Positions 26,655-37,200 of a DNA stretch of 64,000 bases are shown piece after piece (position 1 is the stretch's first letter; the number at the start of each line of letters is the position of its first letter). Both the position numbers and the translations under genes were made by a program. The DNA is from Isurus oxyrinchus (Eukaryota), in NCBI GenBank assembly GCA_026770705.1, contig JANJGN010000036.1:1426001-1490000 (forward strand), written 5' to 3'. Below the pieces are notes generated by a model, which saw only the letters and a list, made by a program, of their open reading frames with translations, was not told the DNA's origin and searched no databases.

Positions 26655-26865
26655 TGTCCTGGGGTATTCCAGGAGACAGTGTACAGGGAGCTGAATTCTA
26701 TATCTAACCCGTGCGGTACCGAGCATATTGATCTTCTATGGGGCATTGTCCACGGGAATTTATTCTGTAACTAAGCTCTACTGTACCTACTCTCGAGTGC
26801 TTAATGGGGCAGTGCAGACGGGTCATCGCTCTGCATCTAACCCTGTGCGGTACATGTCCTAGAAG
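26655..26865. repeat. Degenerate ~65-bp tandem repeat (ggggacagtgtagagggagct..tatctaaccc.tgc.gtacc type), ~3 copies
   Basis: Recurrent tctaaccc..tgcggtac motifs. Confidence 0.6.
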
Positions 26866-26889
26866 TTTGTCTTTGTTCTGTTAATGATT

Positions 26890-27790
26890 TGCACAATATC
26901 ATTAGGGATAGATGCTGCTTGTGGATGAAGTGGGCCACTTAGCAGGAAGAGCGCTATCGAAACGAAACATCAAGGTAGTAAACACTGGATCACGTTTGTG
27001 GCAAATGGGATAACAGCAGACAACATTTCGGAGGCAGCAGTCAGTGGTCCGTGTATGGATTCGGGGAAAGGGCAGGACGCTGAGTTCCGGGATGAGCAGG
27101 GCATTTCGTAACTTGACCCGTGATGGGAGTGGAAAGGCTGTCCGAAGCAATTCGGGGGCTTTCTGGACTGAAATAGACAGTTTCGCGTTAGTTAGCGTAC
27201 TTATCGCTTAAATATTGACCCAGCGTCAGTGTTGAACATGCAATTTGAGAACAAGGCGAAAACGTGGGATCACTGGACAAGGTAAGATTTGTGGCTGGTA
27301 TATTTGCTGTAACTCGTCACTCGCTTTATTATGTTCCCTGACACGGTGGAATCCATACATTAAAAATCATCAAGGGGGCCAAGGACATGACCCAACCCGA
27401 GAAGATTCTTGGGCCTCCCCTGAGGAAGTGGTTGGAGCACATGTGCACACACCATACACAGGCAGTGTAATTGTAGGGGAATGGCGAGGGATACCTAACA
27501 TTGCCCACAGTTGGCAGTTCCATAGCTAAGGAACCTATTAAAAGACTGAATGAGGAAACACAGAACAGTGTGGCAGCTCCCTCTGCTCGGGCATCGGACT
27601 GGACTGCGAGCAGAATGAAAGCTATATGGCGAAGGGAAGTAGAAATTTTCTTGAAATGGGCATTTGGAAGCACAAAAACTGGCAGCGTTGCAAGTATTGC
27701 TCCTTTAATCCGGGAGCACATAGGCCAGCTTTGCATTTTGTTCCCAAACTTCTGTCGGGTAGCTCTTCGTTTTTTTCTACAATATTAGGA
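26890..27790 (+). mobile_element. Degenerate Gypsy-like gag remnant
   Basis: FVANGITAD (gag N-terminal motif) near 26993. Frameshifted zinc knuckle RCKYC..G/HIGQLC at ~27685-27735. Confidence 0.45.
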
Positions 27791-29937
27791 TGCTTCAGTC
27801 GATAGATGGATAGATTGGCTAGAAAGATAGATACATAAAGAGAGAGAAAGAGAGAGAGGCTAGATAGATCTATAGGCAGACTGACAGCGACATGGATAGA
27901 TCGATAGGTAGATAGATAGATAGATATATAGATGGATAGATAGATATATGGATAGATAGATTGATTGACTTATTATTTGATAGAGCGGTGGATTGATACA
28001 TTGATTGATCGATAGACATATAGAAAGATAGATAGGTAGATAGAGAGATAGATAAATAGGTAGATAGATAGACAGAAAGAGAGCTATATATATATATATA
28101 TAATGGAGAGAGCTAGACAAGATAGATAGATAGGCAGACAGTCAGATAAATAAATAAATACTTGGATGGGACGTCAGATAGGTGGACAGACGGATAGACA
28201 GACAGACAGACACACAAATAGATAGATAATTGGAAGGATAGAGAGATTGAGAAGGGTAAATAGATAGATCGATAAGCACAACGACGCCATGGAGTGAACT
28301 ATAGATGCATAGGCAAATTTATTAAAACAAAATAAGATGATGGAACAATACAACAATGTCCAGCATAGTGTACGACACAGACTGAGGCAATGAAGGCCTC
28401 TATGTTTCTGCTGACTATTTGATAAATTCATTCAAAGCTTTTCTCATTACCCACCTCTCGATCTTACATCAATTCCAAACTTATCCCAAAATCTCACCGG
28501 TATGCAGCACTGCCAACCCTCAACATGAGGGATAGTGATATCCTCTTGTCTGTATCTGTGCATATATCCGTCTTCCTACACCTCTTTCACACTGGACGCA
28601 TTATTATTTCACTTAAAAATATTGATAGACGTTTGAAGGCCTGTTAGAAATCCATACACGTTCTATCTATTGCTTTCTATTGGCCTGTCCATTCCGACAC
28701 TTCTTGAAAATTAAACCTCTATTAAATGTGTTCAGCATGACAATACTTTCACAGATCGGTGCAGGCTGTCCATAATGAACCCATATATTCGGAAATGCTC
28801 ACTAATTCCATTTATAATAATTAATGCTAAGGGTGTGTCCGCCACACATGAAAGACGAAGTAGTTTACAGTAATCTGGCGGATTTCCTTCTTTGACTTGG
28901 ATGAAACGCTATTTGGAGACCATTATGCCAGATAAATTAACTTTTGGGGTTTGGGTTAGGCTTTGTCCGAGGGTGACGGCTACACACACATTGGAATATA
29001 AGAGTTTAAGTAAGATAGAGCAACAGAGGGTTCTGAGGTGCAGACACGAATATCATTGAAATTGGTGCCAGAAGATAATAAGGTCAAAAAGATCACAGGC
29101 CCACAGTCTGCACATCCCTACATAAATAAGCATGTAAAGGAAGGAAGGCCTTTATTAAACGGATTTTAAGACTTAGCCTGACAAAACATAGGGTCCTGTG
29201 AATAATGCTGGTATCAATATCATGCAAGATAATACAGAGAACGGGGGAAAGTGAAAAAAAAGGTTCATTGTACTGATTCAGAAGTGAGAGGTTGTAACAT
29301 CGGGAAAGTTTGAACAGGCTGCATTCTTTTCTAAAGAAAATAAATGACTGAGGTATGACCCAAGAGCTTCAAGATTATTAAAGGATTTTTCAGGCAGGCG
29401 TAGTCAAGCTCTTTGCACTTTTTCGTGAGTCCAGAGCTCGAAGCGATCAGTATCAGGTAATCGCTCTTAAATGCAAGCAGAAATTGAAGAGAAATCTCTT
29501 AACCCAGAGAGCGGGGAGAATGTCGAACTCGCTCCCGCAGGGAATGGTTGCGGTCACTTGCAGGGATGGATTTATGGGTGAAGTTGTATAAGCACATGAG
29601 TGAGAATGGACGAATAGAATATGTTGATGGGGTGAAATGAAGAGCGGGCGGGAAAAGATTCGTGTGGAGCAGCAATACCAGCACCGAGCAAAAGGGCCGA
29701 ATGCACTGTTTCCGTGCTGGAAACTCAATGGAGTAGAGGTGATGAATTAGAGAAATTGGGAGAGAAATTGGTAAACAGAAAATTAGGTTTTAATTTTATC
29801 ATTGACGTTTCAAAATAACATATCTCCCTCCATTGACTTTTACACTAAACACACAGATAGATTTAAAAATTCAGAAAGCAAAACACTGAAGCGATGAGAT
29901 ATATGAGAATGGAGTAAGGGGTCAGAAATTATACAAA

Positions 29938-30194
29938 GGTACATGATCAGAGAATAGAGACTCCATGTGCCGTTAACTTCCCCCGAAAATACACTTGTTA
30001 GATGGTTATATTCTGTCACTGTGTAAACCAGTTGCAGGTGCGCCCGGTTTAGACAAGGGGTCCGCCCCCGCCCCCGCCCCTCCTCCTCCCCAGCACCGTC
30101 ATCTAAGCCGTGCCATAGTGCACCATGTAGCTACTTCCAAGCGAGAGAATCTGAACCGCCGGAGACCGGGACAAAACTGCCTGAGATGCAATAA
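29938..30194 (-). pseudogene. Truncated class-1 V-exon remnant inside a duplicated block (~27800-30820, paralogous to ~17450-21380)
   Basis: AVLSRSPAVQILSLG..LQLVYTVTEY..LYSLI. Flanks align with 18130-19370 and 21040-21380. The 3' part of V, the C1 exon and the leader are deleted. Confidence 0.75.
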
Positions 30195-31699
30195 GTGAGA
30201 GGTACAAAAAACAAGACCCTGGGTTTTTTTATGGCAGGGATAGAGAAAATTATTTCCATGAAGAAGCGGCTACAACGGTGCGGCAGAGGAAACTGCGCAG
30301 AACAACACCCACAAATAAGAATGCGCTTGTGACACAAATTATGCCTTTAATGATGTTGATCGCGGGACAAAAATGGGCCCCAGGGACACAAGGGGGCGGG
30401 GGAACTCTGCTCCCACCCGCGGCCCCCACCACTACCACCCCCCCCCCTCCCCCCCCACCGCCGCATACACATATGCACTCACTGGAAAAAGCAGCGCGTT
30501 GCACGTTTTAGCTGAGGGTTTCCTGTTTACAGTTTAGGAGACCACACGCGGCTCTGCTGCAAAGGGCAACATGCTAAAGATCATGGTAAACACGCGTCAC
30601 AGGCGGAGCGCAGCCCAGACTGGGTCAAACTGAGGTCAAAAGGCAGTGGTTCTAAATTCAACAACTTTGCTCTTTATGATATTAGCCTGAAGGCAGGAAA
30701 AGTCTCCTAAATAGCATTGTTATTTTTAATTAATCGAGAACAGATTAATTTATTCTGGTCTCAACAGGAACACAACAGATTGAAGAAACGTGGAATCAGA
30801 TGCTAATATTTTAGTAACTGTTGGTGTGGCTGTGTGAGTGCGGCGACCCTCTCTGGATCCCGGTTGCGACTGAACAGCCCCATCATTTCGTACTCTTCTG
30901 TTTGATTTTCCTTCTCTTCATGAGTCATAAAACCCATTGGAAATGCAGGTATACAAAGAGGGTTTTAGGCCTGCTGCCTCCTATAAAATATGGAACTAGA
31001 TGCCAGTTCGCACTTTTCAATCCACAAATAGGAAAAATTATGAATGAAAGTGCGAACTAAACGTATAGCGTATTCTTAACAGACCCAAACAAACATGTAA
31101 CTTGCTTAAAATATCTGTTTCCTAACTTCAGCCATCATCCGATTGAATTCCAGATCCAACACAAGAGAGGAACTGAACGGCCTTCTCCTTCTCCAATGTG
31201 CCTGTCGGATTAGCCATTCAGGGTATTAGGAGGACTGATGTCTGATGGTCGATGAAGCACCGAGTGATCAGCTCACAGAATGGTTCGCTGGGTGGGGTCA
31301 ATGGTGAAGCGGTTGCGAACCCTCTGATTTTTATTCCTTTAAGAAACAGTTGTTTTCCTGCATGTTGGGGAGGACAGAACCTTGCCCGATGTATGAACTG
31401 TGCTTAGCAAATAGACGTTTTCCACCTGCATCTTGTAATATTTGTCCCGAAATACTCTCGAAATACCTGTACATAATGTCTCTTTACTTTAGAATTAGCG
31501 ATTAGGGAGTGTTTCGATCTGTTCAGGACAAGTATCACAAGGGGATCTGCAGATCAGAGTTTACTCGCCAAGAAAACTGTCCAGTAATCAGCACACCAAG
31601 GGATTCCAGGGCAACTTTTTAAATATTTACGATATTAAAGTTGTTATGGAAATGTATCACATCATCTCACAGAAACATCATCTCAAACTTACGTTAGCG

Positions 31700-33340
31700 T
31701 TTGACTGATCGCATGGTAAAATCCGGCAAAGTCAGCTTGGTTTCATTTAGGGGAGGTCATGCCTGACAAATCTGTCAGAATTCTTTGAGCAGATATCTAG
31801 TAGGTTAGACAAACGAGAGCCAATGGATGTTATCTTCTTGTCTTCCAGAAGTCCTTTGACAAGGTGCCGCACAGGAAGCTGCTCAGTAAGATAAGAGCCC
31901 ATATGATAAACACAAAAAATGGCGGATGCTGGAAATCCAAAACAGAAACAGAATCAGAAATACCTGGAAAAACTCTGCAGGTCTGGCAGCATCGGCGGAG
32001 AAAAGAACAGTTGAAGTTTCGAGTCTTCTTGACCCTTCAACAGAGCTAAGTAACAATAGGAAAGGAATGAATTATAAGCTGGTGTAAGGCGGAGGGGGGG
32101 CGGGGTGGAGGGGCGGCGGTTTGTTAGGACAAGCAGTCAGTAATATGTGGAGATAGCCAAAAGATCTCACAGACAAAAGAACAAACAGGTGTTGAAGGTG
32201 GTGAGCCCATGGTGTTAGACGCAACGTAGTAGCATGGTTAGAAGATTGGCAGTCTGGCAGGAGGCAGAGAGTGGGGATAAGGGGGTCCTTTTCAGGATGG
32301 CGACCGGTGACTAGTGGATTTCCGCAGGGGTCTCTGTTGGGACCAAACATTTTCACTTTATACACTAATGTTCTAGATGGAGGAACTGAGGGCATCCTGG
32401 CTAAATTTGCAGATGATACAAAGGTAGGTGGAGGGACAGGTAGTATTGAGGAGGCGGGGAGGCTGCAGAAGGATTTGGACAGGTTAGGAGAATGGGCAAA
32501 GAAATGGCAGATGGAATGCAACGTGGGGAAGTGTGAGGTTATGCACTTTGGTAAGATGAATAAAGGCATGGACTATTTTATAAATGGGGAGAGCATTGAA
32601 AAATCTGGAGTGCAAAGGAACTTGGGATTCGTAATCCATGATTCTCTTAAGTAAACCTGCATATTGAGTCGGTAGTTAGGAAGGCAAATGCAATGTTGCT
32701 ATTTATTTAGAGAGGACAAGAATATAAAAGCAGGGATGTGTTGCTTAGGCTGTATAAGGCTCTGGTCAGACCACATTTAGAACATTGTGAGCAATGTTTG
32801 GCCCCGTATCTCAGGAAGGAATTGATGGTCCTGGAGAGGGTCCAGAGGAGGTTCACGAGAATAATCCCAGGAATGAAAGGTTTAACATATGAGGAACGTT
32901 TGAAGACTCTGGGTCTATACTTGATGGAGGTTAGAAGGATGAGGGGGGATCTGATTCAAACTTACAGAATACTGAGAGGCCTGGATAGAGAGGACTTGGG
33001 GAAGATGCTTCCAGTAGTGGGAGAGAATAGGACCCGAGGGCACAGCCTCAGGGTAAAGGGAAGATCTTTTAGAACAGAGATGAGGAGAAACTTCTTCAGC
33101 CAGAGAGTGGTGAATCTATGGAATTCATTGCCACAGAAGGCTGTGGAGGCCAGGTCATTGAGTGTATTTGAGACCGAGGTAGATAGGTTCTTGATTGGTA
33201 AGGGGATCAAAGGTTACAGGGAGAAGGCGGGAGAATGGGGTCGAGAAACCTATCAGCCATGATTGAATGGCCGAGCAGACTGGATGGGCTGATTGGCCTA
33301 ATTTCTGCTCCTATGTCTTATGGACTTATGATCTTATGAT
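31700..33340 (+). mobile_element. CR1-clade LINE, 5'-truncated RT with 3' tail
   Basis: GFPQGSLLGP..FADDTK (ORF 32271..32654). LYKALVRPHLE..RRNFFSQRVVNLWNSLP (ORF 32738..33262). Ends in a (tcttatg)n-like tail. Confidence 0.93.
31903..32202 (-). mobile_element. Truncated PLE terminal fragment nested inside a CR1 LINE
   Basis: Reverse-complement similarity to ~24080-24400. 8-bp duplication gagcccat at 31895-31902 and 32203-32210. Confidence 0.75.
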
Positions 33341-34238
33341 GTGAGGTGAGAATTTTGTTCACGCTTGTGCATTATTAACCTCGCCAGCAAGCCACTTTCA
33401 GTTGCAGCTGATGAGTTGTGCTGTGAGCAGGATAGTGGGAGGTGTGTTACAAGAGCACTAATTCTACTGGTCATGAGGAGACAGCTGGGTTGTGGGACAA
33501 AAGTGCACATTCAAAGAGCTGGCTCCGGGTGAAGGGCCAAATATCCACCTTCTGTGCTTTAAATGTCTGCGAAATAGTGAGTTAAGTCGGTAAACCCACT
33601 CAACTGTATTATCAAAGAGGTGGATGGTTTGTAATTATTCTTCTTTCACAATTAAATGTAATATTGGTCAAACCTGGGTCACAACCAGTGTAGGCTAGGG
33701 GTCCACTAACACTGCTGCTTTCATATCAATGCAGCCTAAATCCCAATGCATTACCTGTCCGTTCTTAACTTCTATACTTTTACATTCGCTCGATAAATGA
33801 CTTTGTAGTTTGGTCTCAGAGATACCCTGGGTGCATCTGGCGTGAATTATCAAAACAACTCGAATCACAGAGCAGTCATTGATTTCCACATCTCTTTTAA
33901 TATGTAGTTAACTCGAGCACAGATAAATTGTAAGAACTAATTGAACAATATATTGTTCACATACTGCATAAAGTTGCATAATTCAATAATAAACGCTAAT
34001 ACCTAATAACAGAATTCTGGAGAGTGTGGCGTGAACTGCAGGCGCTATTTCATAGTTGGAAAAGCGGGCATTAACAGGTTATTCAGTTCCTGCTTTGGTC
34101 GATATCATGAAATTACATCGAAAATGCGCCTGAATTTGCACCTGTTGAAGTTTCAGACTGTCCCAAAAACACAGGACCTTCTACAACACATCATGTTTAG
34201 GAATCAGATTGTAAGCACTCTCCCTCGTTCCTCTCCAA

Positions 34239-34283
34239 TTAGAGTGTGCGATCCTCCTTAAGCGCCAAGCGGGCATAAAATGT
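34239..34283 (-). CDS. Class-1 gene exon 6: TFYARLALKEDRTL* (TxYxxL, ITIM/ITSM-like)
   Basis: Acceptor atttttctccacag, phase 0 matching exon 5, stop TAA at 34241-34239. Confidence 0.7.
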   Translation of the reverse strand, partial: TFYARLALKEDRTL

Positions 34284-37200
34284 CTGTGGAGAAAAATAAT
34301 TACAGAATCTATTAATATAGCAAACAACAACATCGTAGGGAAATGCATATATTTCACCGCATTTCTACATTTCTTTAGTTCTGATGAAGAGTCATAAGGA
34401 CTGCAAACGTTAACTATATTACTCACCGCAGATGCTGTCAGACCTGCTGAGGTTTTTCAGCTATTTTTGTTTATGTTCCAGATTTCCAGCATCTATAATA
34501 TTTTGCTTTATACATCATCATAGGGATAGAAGGACGCCAGCCAGCCCCTCCAATTTATTCAATTAGATCATGGCTGGACTGTATCGTAACTCCCATCTAC
34601 CCACCTTGGTTCCACAACGCTAAATCCCCTAATCCAACAGAAATCTGTCAATCCTAATTGTGTCATTCCCAGTTGAAGCCGCAGGCTCAGCAGCTTTTGA
34701 GGGGAGAGAGTTCCAGGTTTCCACTTGCCTTTGTGTGACTAGTGTTACCTGACATCACCCTTGAACAACCTGGCTCTAATTTTAAACCTGTGTGGGCTGC
34801 ACTCCATCCCAGCCCAGTTTAGCCCAGCCCAGCACACCCCAATCCACCCCAAGTAGCTATCCGCCCCCACACCCAACCCCCAGCCACCCCCCACCCGCCC
34901 CCCCACGCCAACAGCAGAGCAAATAGTTTATCTCCACAGACACGGTCGTATCCTTTTATCATCTTACACCCCTCAATTAGATTAACCCTCAATCTTCCCC
35001 ACGAGAAGGATTGAAGCCTAGTTTCTGCCATCCTACTGTACCCATGATGCAATGTTTTCCTGACACTTACAACAATAATGATGACTTTTAAACCATAGAT
35101 TCAAATACAGTGAAATGCATCTACTTGAGTTGCAACACTTTCATTCTTTTACCTCTTCATTGTGTCGGTGTGCTCTTGAATCTGTCAGTTCCTGATCATT
35201 GTTCATGTTTCCTGGTAGAAAGTGAAATTTGAACTGAGCATGAGTAGTTACATTTCACACTGAACCGGCTGAAAATGTCAATAACTGATTGATAAATGAA
35301 TGTATTGAGAGCGCCGCGGAGTTACAGCGTCTCCCAACAATCATTACCTGTTTGTTGATTCCTACATCTCTTTCTCCCGGCCACAAGTATCAGCCCCAGA
35401 AGGAGAAGCGCCGCTGAAGACAAACTCCCGAAAAGTGGAAAAATGCAGGTGGCGGGTAGTGGAGAATCTGCAAAAAAAAAAAAAATCATTGAAAAGAAAT
35501 CTTGTTAAATTAATTAAACAATTGAATGAAATGACAACCCTGAATTTGTGATTTCACCTGAAAACGGACGTATATTTTTCCATATTTCATTATCCTGAAA
35601 TAAAGCAGTGATCTTATAGAGCAATGCTGATACAGGACAGAAGTGGGAAGAGAAAGGAAGAGGGAGAAGAGATAGACGGAGAAATTGGTAGCAAGAGACA
35701 ACAAAGATCTTACAGAACCCTGTAAAATAGAATAGTGAGAGAGAGAGAAAGAGACGTAGATAGAGCACTGTTTATATGAGACAGAAATAGAGAGAGAGAA
35801 AAATCAAGAGAGAGAGAGAGACGGAGCAACAATATTATGGAGCATTGATTCAAAAGTAGAAGCATAGAGAGGTAAGGAGGGATAAAGAGAGATAAAGGGA
35901 GATTGACAGAGAGAGATACTTAGAGCACTATTTTAATAGCACAGACATTTTAAGCCGGAGAGGGATGAGCAGAGTGTGATCGAGAGAGCAGATCACTTAT
36001 ACAAAACTTTCAACTAGGTTAAAAAAAGAGAGAGATATGTTGAGAGGGGGAGAGAGGTGAGATGGAAAAGGAGGGGAAAGGGCCTGAAGAGAGGGAAATT
36101 AGTGTAGAGAGGGAGAGTGGGAAGATGGGGAGAAAGGGGGAAATTAGTGTGAGAGAGTGCGAAAGGGAGGTATGGGGACAGAGGGAGAGAAGCTGGAGAA
36201 AAGGAAAATTGGGGAGAGAGAAGGAGAGGGGGAGAGGGGGAGAGAGTGACAGAGAAGGAGAGATGGTAGATAGGGGAGAAAGTGAGAGTTGGATAGATTA
36301 AGAGTTGGAGAGAGATGGGGGCGGAGAGAAGCGTGGAGAAGATAGGGAGAGATCGGACATAGGCAGAGAGGCACTGAGGGAGATTGTGAAAGGGGAGGAT
36401 TGGGTGAGATGGGGAGAGAGGGGGAGAGAAAGAGGGAGATAAGGAGAGGGCGAGGCAGTGGAGAGATGGTTGAGAAATGGAGAAATGGGTGGAGAGATGG
36501 ATGGCGAGATAAATAGACGCATACACAGGGATGAAGAGAGCAAATAACGGTTTAACTGCATTGAAAATGACAGCGAGAGAAAAACAGATAAAGGCAAATT
36601 GAGAGAGAGATTGAGAGTAATGGAGACAGAGAGAAAGAGTGACAGAGAAAAGTATGGAGACAAATCGAGAGATAGAAAGATAGATAAATGTCACAGATTT
36701 CTTTTAACGCACCATTTAACAAGGATAAAAATAAACAATATAAACAGCGAGAGAGTGAGATAGATAGAGGGATAAATCTATGTATCACTAGATAAAGACA
36801 GAGCGTGAGACAGGGAGAAATTGACAGACAAACAATTGGAGGGACTGGGAGAGACAGGGAAAGAGAACGATAGTTGTAGAGAGCGTTTCAGGGACAGAGA
36901 GAGTCAGACAAACAATGGAAACAGATATCTTACACTGCAGCAGGACACAAATGGATTGACTGATAGAGAGCGAGAGAGATGGGCAGGCAGATAAACAGAC
37001 AGTGACACAGAAGGGGAAGATACCTTAAAGTTCATTGTTTAACTAAGGCAGAGTGAAATATTGTGACGTTAAGTGGATGGATGAATAGATAATAGTGCAC
37101 ACACATGGTGAGACAGAATGGTGCACATCTTTCAATTTTACACATTGACAAGTCAGCCACTGGCAGGCAACTATGTCAATATGCCAAGCCAAATAAAACA

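Noticed and set aside
36014-36694. 226-aa hydrophobic ORF and overlapping ORFs
   Set aside because: Translation of a GA-rich low-complexity intron tract.
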